Of a stretch of 64,000 nucleotides of DNA, positions 52,901 through 64,000 are shown piece after piece; the stretch's first letter is position 1, and each line of letters starts with the position of its first letter. Below the pieces are notes generated by a model, which saw only the letters and a program-made list of their open reading frames with translations, did no database searches and had not been told where the DNA came from. Origin of the DNA: Glaucostegus cemiculus (lineage: Eukaryota); contig CDPCPM010000011.1 of assembly GCA_976551045.1 (NCBI GenBank), positions 2,418,001 to 2,482,000 on the forward strand, read 5' to 3'. Made by a program: the position numbers and the translations under genes.

Positions 52901-55819
52901 GTTATGCAAGCAATACAAATACTTTTATTACTAACGAATGGTCCAGCTGTCACCATGAATTCCCCAGTATCTAAACTTGTATATACAATCATAACCAGCT
53001 TCAATGCCAAGAGAGCCGTTGCCTTAGGCAACCACTCCAATGTAGAATGTCCACTGTTCCATGCTCATAGATACGTGGCTTACGTGGATCAACACAAAAG
53101 CAATCTGTTGGCACTTGTAAATAAAACCCAAGACTACTGGGAAAGGATGCAGCAACTTCATTTCATTAATGACAGATCAGCATTTTTTTTTTCAAATTAT
53201 CACCAGTTGAGCATCACTAGCTGTCTGAGACAATGTTTTTGGAAACACATGCCCTTAATGACAACAGCAACAATAGCCATTGTCACTCATGCAGGTCCAT
53301 CAGGATGAGTCATGGATACCTGGAGAGCCCGTGGTATCCTCTGTAGATCATCGGTTCTTAAGTAGCATCCATTATTCAACTATGTGAAACTTCATAGTAG
53401 GACACATGCACAACTAACATAGAGAAGTTAATGACACACTGGAGGCAAATTCAGCAGGAAAGCACATTAAATCTACATCAGTAGTGCAGCACAGCTGAAT
53501 AAAATTAATTCATTTTTAATAAATCTTGCAGACTGTCTACTGCGTACAAAATAAATATCAGTTGTCTAAAAGCCAAATATACCAAATATACCAAATATAC
53601 AGTAGATAGGAAAGATTAAATAGATGCAAACAGAAGTTCCATTGTTACAGTTATCTTCAAATCAATATGAAAGCTCAACAGCTAAATTACCTGGAAGAGT
53701 AAATGAAGCATCCTCATAACCATTCATGAAACCCTGAAAGGTTTTGGCCACCCTGTAGTCTGGGAAGCGCGTACATAGCAGCATGTAAGGGACCTCCTCC
53801 ATTGAAGAATACACAATAAAGTGGTGGAGTCTGGCATCTATGTCCTCTGCATTCTTGAACCATCTTTTTGTCCTTTTGATGAATTTGCATGGAACTTCTA
53901 ATGTAGGCAGCTCCACCTCAGCCCTACCCACTGCACCTCTTAACTTGAAAGGTAGAGGTTCCAACCCTTACTATATCATTCAAGTCTTGAACTACTTTAC
54001 AGATCTTCCATTGCCAGAATTTATTATTATAGAATTGCTGAAATCATCCTCAAAATCATTGCTCATCACCACTGATCTGCAGACTAAGAATACATTTAAG
54101 TAATTCTTAGCCAAGAGCTTGATATTGCTGAATGAAGGTGTCCAGATCTTTAGTGCAAAGGAGTCCAGTGGTATAAGGCAGCCCATGGGTTGTCGTGAAA
54201 TAAACGCTATCAACAAGAATCTTTGGCACCTATCAAAGCCATACCCTCTGTCATCAAAGACATTCAGAAGATCAACATTGACTATAAATCAAGTAATGAA
54301 ACATTTTAAAAAGTAACATTTTAAAATATCCCAATAGAACACCCAAAAACAATAAAAAATATTTAACACAATTGAATTCATTCAGAGAGTAAGTTATCTT
54401 TAAACTACATTACATTTTCCCAGACAGGCATTCCTCTCCATTCAACTGAATGGAGAAATTCTTCCTGTACTAGCTATTTTACAGGTAGATTTACCAGCAC
54501 AAGTGCTGGGGAATTGTCACAACTTTGCATGCTGCTGCTGGACTCCATGAAGACTGCAGCTTCAGAACACAGCTGGGAATTTTCTGGCCAAGAGTGGCCG
54601 GCAAGGTTGAGACTTCAGCCTTCCTTCACACATGCATGTGTGGGAATCCTAAACATTATGAGACTCCTGCTGCAAAATCCAGGCATCATTTTATCTATCA
54701 TTTATAAAATAAATTCTCCATGACTCTTTCCCATCAGAATTTCCCAGAAAATTTTGCAATTTCCCTTTGCCATTGTTTGACCGTCACTCAAAAAATCTGT
54801 TATAGATTTTATTACTTTATAGGGTGATTTTCACGTTAGAGCTGAAAATGAGCCATGATGAGAAACAATTCACATGAGGTGCAGACTTGCCAACTGGCTG
54901 CTGTATTTCTTCCTGTTCTGAATGTTGGGTGGCCCTTGATTAAGTTTGCTTCCACCTGAAGCAGACAAAGGCCTGATCAATGTATGTGAATCAGGGCCAT
55001 ATTACATTGCCAAAACTTCAACAGCACTTTTGTCTACATCCACAGTAATATCACTACTTCCCCTTCCTGCCTGCAGACCACAGGTTGTAGAAGATGGGAA
55101 GTGGCTATTTCCAACACTATTAAATGGATCCACAGCTGGTTCAAAATAAAGTCATGGAAAGTTTTGGGGATGTTTTGATTTGTGCTTTTTGGCTACTTAG
55201 ATCATTACAAAGAAGCTATACAGTATTTTGAACACTTAAGGGACTTCTGGCAAAAACACTTCTTCTTGGTGGTCCATTTGGCAATTCCACTTTGGCTAAA
55301 GGAGGAAGGAGCAATTAAGAATTGCAGCTGTATGGAGAACAAATAGAATCCTAACTCTCCCTACAAAGTTTATTGACCGTGGACAACACCCCCACAGTTC
55401 TCCTAGGAGCCAATGTGCAAGGAAGCTATTTTACTCCATGGAGGGGGGTCAGAGTTGTTACACCTCCTGTAACAAGAACTGTGAAAAGTGCCACCACTGA
55501 AGCAGCAAAACCAGTAACAGCCAAGCCAACTGCTGGCTTGAATTTATTTACCTCTGAGATCCAACTCACAGTTCACATCCATCAGGTAGGTAACTATGCA
55601 TTTTTATTGCAGCAGTCTCTTATTACCTACTCTTTGCCCCTACATGATAAGAGAGAAGCTGGATGTTCATGGACAAAGATAATGGGATTCTTTGCCACAT
55701 AACTTATCACAGAAGTCCAGGCTCAACTGTACTACTATTGGGTCCTGCCTACAGAATGTGGAGCAGATCACAGGAGCTTAAGTCAGCAATCCTACAGTCT
55801 GACTGATATGGTCACTTCC

Positions 55820-56400
55820 ATGAGTGCAGAGTCAGAGGGCAATGCAGCAGGGAAACAGGCCAATCAGCCCACCATGTCCACACTGATAAGTGGGCATCCA
55901 TCCACACTAATCCCATCTTCCACACCTTGGCACATAGCTGTCCACGCCTAGGCACATAGCTGTCCATGCCTAGGCACATAGCTGTCCACACCTTGGCACA
56001 TAGCTGTCCACACCTTGGCACATAGCTGTCCACACCTTGGCACATAGCTGTCCATGCCTAGGCACATAGCTGTCCATGCCTAGGCAACCCAAATGCTCAT
56101 CTAGACGCTTTTTAAATGTTATCAGCCACTCTACTTTCACTATTCTCTCAAGCAGTACTCACCAGTTTCTGAGTGAAAAGGTTCCCCCACAGATCTCCTC
56201 TAAATTCTCACCCCTTATGCTAAATCTATGTCCTTTAGTTTTATTCACCTCTGATATGAGGAAAGATTTCCTACAGTCTACCCTATCTATACCCCTCAAA
56301 GTTTTATATTCCTCAGTCATGTCCCCTCTTAATCTTCTGTGCTCTAGGGAAAACAGACCAAACTCTCCAGTCTCTTCTCATAACTGAAATGCTCCATCCC
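55820..56400 (-). mobile_element. CR1 LINE 3' end
   Basis: GGAAACAGGCC...CAGCCCACCATGTCC tail followed by TCTACCCTATCTATACCCCTC and ORF2-end sequence. Confidence 0.8.
55920..56086. repeat. 22-bp minisatellite, 7.6 copies
   Basis: Units CCACACCTTGGCACATAGCTGT / CCATGCCTAGGCACATAGCTGT start at 55920, 55942, ... 56074. Confidence 0.95.
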
Positions 56401-57249
56401 TTATACAAAAATACATATGCTAATTCTCACCCAGGTACCTGTCCTAGATGGCCTCTTATCTACTCAGGCAAGCCACAAAATGCCACCCCATGAGCTTCAG
56501 CATCAGAACTGAAAGGCTGGTGAGTGCTCCAAAAGTCTGTGGTCACTGACCTTTAGGAGATCAGGGGCTGAGTTGGCAGCAGTGGGCTGCTGTCAGACCA
56601 GTTTTACCCAAGTTGGACAGACAGGTCATTAGCTTTAGAGATTGCAGCATGATGCCCTCCCACTGGCTGTAGAGGTCCTGCCACTGAGAAAGCAGGTTGC
56701 GGGACAACTATGCTCCTCTTCGAGTCCATATTTACTAAAACAGATGGAGATGGAGATCTTACCCAAGATGGAGATCAAGGTGGAGATTCCAGTTTGCATG
56801 GTCCAGGTGTAAGCTCTCCTGAGAGATGCTACCACTTTCTATTAACATGACCACCCACTGTAGAGTTGACCGCAGTGTCATTTTACAATTGTAGAATTCT
56901 TTACCACAGAAGAGAACTACGCAGACCATCGTAACTATGTCAGCGATAAATGTAGGTTAATCCCACTTGCCAGCTTGTGATCCAGAGCCCTGCAAGTTAT
57001 GGCTCTACGAGTGCTTATCCAGCTACTTTTTAAAGATAGTGAGGGTTTCATTATGTGATGCCCTGCACTACAACCTCAAAGAACAGTAGTAATCCCCTGT
57101 ATACCATCACATGGTTTATAAGCTGCCTAGTCAGAAGCCTCGTGCACAGAAAGCCTTTTTCCTTTGTAACACTGTTCCTCAAAGTCTGCATCATGGACAA
57201 TTTTAACTGAGCTCAGGTATAAGCCATGTTTCCTTCACACCTGTGCACC

Positions 57250-58290
57250 TGGATAGACAAAATCTGGAAAGTGGAGATAATGTGGGAAAACGTGAATTTG
57301 GCAGGAAAAGTGATGAAAAAAAGAAGCGTTTTATCTAAATAATGAGCGATTACAGAGCTTTGAGATGAAGAAGGATCGGGATATCTTCATACAAGATTCA
57401 GAAAAGGCTAGTACACAGATACAGTGCATAATTTAGGAGAACTGACAGAATGTTATCATTTATTACAAGGTAAATTGAATACAAATGAAGGCATTGAATT
57501 ACCTTAGAAACCCAAGCCTTCTCCTATCAGAGGTACCTTTTTACTGATCCATCCCTCTCCGCAACTTAAACCTAATATACTCCAAGACCACTGATGCTGA
57601 TGAAGGGTCTTCAACCTGAAATATTAACTCTGTTTCTCTTTCCACAGTTGCTGTCAGACCCGCTGAGTGTTTCCAACATTGTTTCGTATTTACCAAATAT
57701 AGGGGAGTTAAGCTTCAGTTGTAGAGGTCATTTGTGTGTCCACAACTGGCATGCTATATTGGCCTCCTTCTTTAAGGAAGGATGTTAATGCTTTGGAAGC
57801 TGTTGAGGTTTACTGGACTGATTCCTGGAATGAGCAGGTTGACTTCTGAGGAAAGATTGAGTTGGGCAGTCAGGGTTAGACTTGCATTCACTGGAGTTCA
57901 GAAGGGTGAGCGAGGATTGATTGAAACATATACAATCCTGAAGGGTCTTGAAAGGGTGGATGTTTCCTCTTGTGGGAGTATCTAGAACTAAGCTTCACTG
58001 TTTAAAGTTAAGGGTTTGACCACTTAAGATGTAGATAAGATGACTTTCAGAGGGTCACAAGTGTTTGGAAATCTCTTCTGCAAAGGGCAGTGGAAGCAGA
58101 GTCTTTGAATACTTTTAAGGCAGTAGTGGAAAGACACTTAGATACTTGATAAACAAGAAGGTGAAAGGTTACTGTGGAAGGACAACAATGTAGTGTTAAG
58201 GTTACAGTAAGACAAAGCATCTTCTTATTAAATAGTGGGACAGGTTTGAGGGGCTGAGTGGCCTACTCTCTCTCCTATTCCATATATTCA
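57250..58290 (+). mobile_element. Decayed CR1 LINE 3' fragment with a nested Penelope terminal piece (~57490-57690)
   Basis: Remnants RFTGLIPGMSRLTSEERL and GLIETYTILKGLERVD; tail GGGGCTGAGTGGCCTACTC. Confidence 0.8.
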
Positions 58291-60045
58291 TTGGTCCGCA
58301 TACACAATGAACCACCTGGTGCCAACTCAAACTCAGTAGACACCCTGTGGAGAATCAAATTCTCTGCAAGTATTTGGAAGAGTGAGACCAAGTGAGTTTG
58401 CAACATCCCTGCTGTCACAGCGTGTTTATGGTGGACCCACAAAAATGTGATGTGAAACGTGCTTCGGTATATAATACCAAAGTAGGGTGACGCAGACGCA
58501 CATTACCAGATTTTCATGTTGAGCACAGGAAAAAGCCAAGTACAAGGTAAAGAGAAGGTACCCAGATAGCTTGTGTGAGGCATCAGGGGTCTAACAACAA
58601 TATTGTTTTACTGAGGATGTTGTTGGTGGCCACATTGGAATGTACTTGGATGTGGGATCTCTTTCTGTTCTTGTCTACTCCCTTCATCACTGAAAGTGTG
58701 TGTTCTACTGAAGAGTTTTGAAGATTTCTCAACTGTCGTATGATTATATTTGACTTGACTGGAAGAATCTGCAAGTGTGGGCAATGGAGGGAAGTAGCTG
58801 TTAGGGCAGTAGCAGGTATTTATGGAACCAAGCATAGGAAGTGTCCATTGTGACTGGAAGAGAGATATGAGAGTTGATGATGGGGCTGGGATCAAGGATT
58901 GATGGTGCCAAGGCAATAAACTTGACTTTTTAATTTGCTAAAACTAGTTGATGGCCTGTGATACCACATACAGGTAATCAACCCAAGTGTGGTCTTGGCT
59001 AAGTGAAGTTAAAGACATTGGTATTTTTGGACCCGCACATGCAAGCTTAATCTAGACCCTGTTTTAAAATTATATTTTTCTGGTTTTAGTTTTATATCCT
59101 AATTATAAATTCCTGTCCACATGTAGAATGGAAGCTGCTGTGTAAATTTCCCCCTGTAGTTACATCTACCTGCCAGAAATGGTGCTGGTGTACCTCATCT
59201 GTGGATGTGGCTGAATTGAAGGTAAACCATGACATATTATTATTGTAAAGTGTTTGGAAAACTCACCATAGCATTCACAATGAAGAAAAGTTTACAACAA
59301 GCATTTGAAGGAATCAGATTATTAACATATTACAGAAGGTGTTGTGGGGAATTAGAGTCAACAACTAAGCAAAAACCCAAGAGTCAATAAAGAAGGTGTA
59401 ATGAAAAATAGACACTTACCGAAGATCAGATCAGCAGGCATAAGCTAAATCTTCGTCAAAGGGGTAGGTTTTAAATGATCACCTTAAATTGTTACAACAC
59501 TGAAGGAGGCCATGTGGCCCACTGAGAGTCTACATTTCCTAGGAGAATAACTTCATCCTTCCCATTCTCCCATTCTTTCCCTCTCATCAATTATTCTCCC
59601 TCAAGTGCCAATGAAATTTCTTTTTGGTTCTAAAGGGGAAGAAAGAGGTAGATAAGTTTAAAAAAGGGAGATGAGTTTAGCTGACAAATTCTAAAAGGAT
59701 GGGAAATTGGCAACTGAGGTCACAACGGTGCAATGAAGGAAGAGAAGGATGCAGCAGAGCCCGTAGTCAGGAATGGACAAATTCAAGGTTGGGCATTGTT
59801 GACCTGGAGTGGATCCTAAAAATCAAGAGAGCAGTGGATATTGAAAGAAATAATCTTAAGGATGAGAATTTTAAATTTTAGATGCTAGAAGAAGCGATGT
59901 AAGTCAGAGAAGATAGGACTGATGGGCAAATAACCTTGGTGGGCAGGGGAAAAAAGCCATGGATGTGAGTCAGTGCAACCCATACCATTCCTCATGGCCC
60001 TATTTAAAATTCACCCTGATGCAATTCAAAGGTATGAGGGTGGCA

Positions 60046-60069
60046 TGTGTGTGTGCATGCACTTGTGTC

Positions 60070-60110
<41 letters not shown>

Positions 60111-60128
60111 ATGTATGTTTGTGTGTGT
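60046..60128. repeat. Imperfect (TG)n microsatellite
   Basis: Read directly from the sequence. Confidence 0.9.
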
Positions 60129-62451
60129 CTGTTGCAAATTGCTGGATATCGCATGCATTGACTCATTAGGTTACTGGGGCAGGGAAGGATGAATAAAGGT
60201 ATTTGTTGTCCAAGTGATTTTCCCAATAATGCTTTCCATTTTTAGCAAGTCTTAGCTCTAGATAAATAGATCACTTTACCTTATCTTTAAGGTAAGAGGT
60301 TTATATGAAATTTTAGATTTAATTTTCATTATTTTGAAATTTTGGATTCTGATGACTTGTGCCATTCATGTGGTTGTTTTCTGGTTCTAACAGTAGATCT
60401 TTCAGACCCCAGACTGATACTGTAACTTTCACTATGCCATCTATCTAAAGCAAAATGTTTGTACTTTTTCCCTCTATGGGCCTCATGGGAAGATATACCA
60501 ACTGAGCATCAATCTTGTGCTTGATTTTTATTCCCTGGATACAGAATTAATCGAGCTCAAACTATATCATGGGCCAATATTCCAATGAAGAGTGGGAAAT
60601 ATGCTTTTACTATGGTGTTTCTAATAGAAGAAGATTTAAAAACTCATGCAATCATAACAAGAAAATAACAATAAATAATCTGAGTTAACTCCCTTCTCTG
60701 AGGTAAATCAAGTGTTTGGCAAGATTCAAATATTGGATAATGCTGGTTCACAACCAATGAGATATTAAAATAATGCTTTTAGATGCACTATGAAGAGATG
60801 AGCATTAACAGGATGCTGGTTATCATTTTTGCTGAGGAAGCAGTCCACAATTAATGACATGTTTATAGCTCTGTTTATATTGCCCGTAGGAAGTTGCCAA
60901 GGCCACTGGTTCCTGATGATTATACTGGGTCTTCCCAACTGCTGACCACAGAGGGACTGGTAAGTTTATTCTAACACTCCCCCGCCAACCCCCCGACCCC
61001 CGTGCTCCCCCTCCCCCCCCAGAGCATGCCATAAAAGCAACTTAAACTACAGAACTGCTTTCCAGCAGAGTTGATTCTGGGATGTATTGAGGCTGCTGGT
61101 AATCTCAAATATGTCTCATTCACGCAGTAGGGTTGAGTCAGAGCAGAAATCGAGACAACTGAAAGTAAATAACCTGCAGCAAAAGCATCCAAGAAGCAAT
61201 ATGAAAGAAAATTACCGACATCTTAGTGCTGACTTCTGATAAGTGAATTAACTCTTTTTGATGGAAATTGGCTTAATTGTTTCCCACTGTTCATTATGCA
61301 TGTTCTTGTAATTTTTTCCAGTAAGCAATGATTTTCCAGGTTGCTGAAACATGTTTGGAATTAGTTTTATTAGTAACTGAGCTGAAAAGTTATATAATAT
61401 TCTAATTTGATGAATATTGCCAATGCACAGACAAACATGTATTCTGCAATCAAACTGGCTGATGAATAACCTTACATTCATTTGAAGGAGATACTTTGAA
61501 AACACATGCAGATATAACATCAATGTTTTTATGTTGAATAACTGCAGACTGTTGCACTAATGTAATCTCTGATAGCCAAAAAGTGTTATACCAAGAAAAA
61601 TTGTACTTTGCAGTGTGTATTAATGAAGGAACTGCAGCAATACATTTAGAACCATAGAATATTACATCATAATAGCATTTACTTGGCTCAGTATGTTTGC
61701 CCCATTTTCTTGCTGAATCTAACCCTACAGCCCTTATAATAATCTTATATTTATCAAACTTTCCTTTTGATTTAATTGTGCTTGTTTCAACTATCCCTTG
61801 TGATAAAGCCTCACTCCAATTATCCATGCCCTGCTTAAGTGGCAACTTTAAACTGACACCATTTAGTCACATACTCTTTAACCAGAAGGAAGTGTCTTGC
61901 TTGCTTCATCTCAACTTTTCAAAATTTTAAAAACTGCAATTAAATTTCTTAACCTCCTCTGCCACAACATCTCTCACGTCTGTCTCCTCAAACTATACCA
62001 TCTTTTCCTAGCATCATCCAAGTACTGTGGCCTTTATTTTTTTATATTGTACTGTGGCCTTTATTTTTTTTCCTCTATAATGGGATCCCAAACTTGTACA
62101 CCCCACTCTAAATGTGATATAAACAGTATCTTCTACAAATATATTCTTACTGCTTTTGAACTTTAAGTTCATACAAATATAACACAAAAATTTGCATTTT
62201 ATGATTTTACCTATCTGCATTCATGTTTTGAGCAAAATTTTGGAACTCCAACTTTTCACTGCTAATCAACACCCTTCATGTTTATTTGACATAATGCATA
62301 CTCTTATTCTTTGGCTTCCTTCTCCTAAGTTCACAAAAATGCACATTAAATTGTGACTGTCATTTCTGTTTACCTGTGTGATTCCCTGAAGTTCTTACCA
62401 GTCCACCACCTTCATGCGACTAGTATATTTTAAGAGTGTGTTCCATATGCC

Positions 62452-62585
62452 AGAGTCATAGAATCATATACCATATGGAAACAGGCCCTTCGCCCCAACT
62501 CACCTATGCTGATCAAGATGTCTATCCAAAGCAATCCCATTTGCTTGTGTTTGGCCCATATCCCTCTAAACCTTTTCCATCCATG
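62452..62585 (-). mobile_element. Short CR1 3' tail
   Basis: AGAGTCATAGAATCATA...GGAAACAGGCCCTTCG...TTTGGCCCATATCCCTCTAAACCTTT. Confidence 0.75.
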
Positions 62586-62879
62586 AGTCCAACTGAGAAG
62601 ACTAACTTCATGGTTACACCACTTTCAACCCTTCCAACAATATTCTCTAACTCACCATTTCTTGTTCAACATGTCCTCCTATTCTATATTCCTGACTTTT
62701 TCAAACAAGGCTCTTTGGCACTCCTTATTGAATACATTCAGAAAATCCATGCATCCAATAGCCACTGTATTCCTTTTGAGTTGTCGATCTTTCAATATCC
62801 TTTAATAGGTTTGTCAAAAAAATTGTACGAAAGATTATCCTGTTCGGTACTGAGAAAAGTATACATCTTTGAAATAAAA

Positions 62880-63272
62880 CATAACATTACCAAATTAGAA
62901 ATCCAAATTAATGATCTGGAGGCCAGGGTTCAAATCCCTTTGTAGCAGTTGGAAAAGTTAAACTCAATTAACTAATTAATCAAGTAAATGTGAATTAAAA
63001 TTAAAAAGCTTATATCAGTAATAGTGACAATGACATTACAGAATTTTTATAATTCCCATTCTATCCACAGATGTCCTCTGGAAGAAGAAATCTGTTGCTT
63101 TTAGGTGGTCAGGCCTCTGCATCAGTCCAATCCACACTGATGTGGTTGACTCTTTACTATTTTCTAAAATACTTTGCACTGGCATATCATAAAGTGTCAA
63201 AGTTGATTGGCAATTATGGATGGATAATAAATGCTGCTTTGCTAGCAACACCCACATCCCGTAGACAAATTG
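62880..63272 (+). mobile_element. Decayed tRNA-derived SINE with a CR1-group-type tail
   Basis: B-box GGTTCAAATCC at 62927; tail GGCAATTATGGATGGATAATAAATGCTGC...CCCACATCCC resembles the reverse complement of 8185-8232. Confidence 0.6.
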
Positions 63273-64000
63273 ACATTTGAAATTATTTGTGATTAACAAA
63301 GTTGCATTTTGCTTTCTGGTGCTTAATATTAATGATAATACTCACATTGTGAGGAAGAGTATAGACTTAATTCAGTCCCAGATTTGAACTGCACATCAAA
63401 TTGATGCTGTACAGAGACAATGGAGCTTCTTACTAAAGGTGTGATGGAGACGGTGGTGGTGGTGATGATGATAATGATGTGATTGGATGGGGTTCTAACT
63501 CCAGTCTCTGGACCATTAGCTGAAGTTCAGTTACACAATGCTGTCATTCTCCTTGGAGGAATCACACTTGGTGCTGTCTAACATACCTTATCATTTTGAT
63601 GTCGGAACATTCATAGCACTTTGTGCCACCTTAATTGAACCACTTTAATTGAAGTTGGCACCGAGTTCACTATTTGATCTGACAAGAGTCAGCAACACAA
63701 GTGACCCCTTAAGAGAACCACTAAGATAATAGACAAACATGTGAACCAAATTAAAAATTTCTTAAAATAAGGCCCAACTAAACCAAAAGGAGCATTAACA
63801 CTAATTTATGATGTTATTAATTATGTATATTAGGCACTTACTAGTCACAGAAACCCCAAGCATTCCTAAGAAGAGTGCCTAAAACAACTACCTCAAAGAT
63901 TAGAGGTAATTTATAAAATCAATCACCTTAAACAAAACAGTTTTAACACTTTGATCTCTGTTTTGTGTTTCCTATGATGTTACATTCTCCCTGTTCAGAA

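Noticed and set aside
53662-54216. Protein-like minus-strand ORFs with a good donor (CAG|GTAATT at ~53690)
   Set aside because: No recognisable domain, no ATG start and no convincing acceptor. A BLASTX search would settle whether this is an old transposon or a non-coding exon.
62436-62945. 169-aa plus-strand ORF
   Set aside because: It runs through an antisense CR1 tail and AT-rich sequence, with no homology I recognise.

Overview
Vertebrate genomic DNA, almost certainly from a cartilaginous fish (probably a ray or sawfish), judged from its CR1/L2/Rex LINEs, V-SINE, DeuSINE-like and Penelope repeats. The only protein-coding sequence I can support is the first coding exon of BAHCC1 on the minus strand (35075-34877, [14 protein letters not shown]...[18 protein letters not shown]). 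Positions 1-34876 appear to be the following long intron, and about 35.2-46 kb is the 5' regulatory region, inside an ~18 kb CpG-retaining, transposon-poor domain. The most notable unexplained structures are: (1) a near-perfect 236-bp inverted repeat made from a decayed L2 fragment (46469-47506); (2) a probably bidirectional promoter with a duplicated PBX/PREP-FOX-CCAAT module (37159-37250) and a candidate spliced divergent lncRNA; (3) candidate 5' UTR exons and uORFs, one next to a (UG)n tract; (4) a CRE cluster; (5) decayed Penelope hammerhead-ribozyme motifs; (6) a solo LTR with a 4-bp TSD spanning an assembly gap. I found no convincing new protein-coding system. Family names and protein comparisons come from memory, not from searches, and all exon and promoter models are sequence-only inferences.
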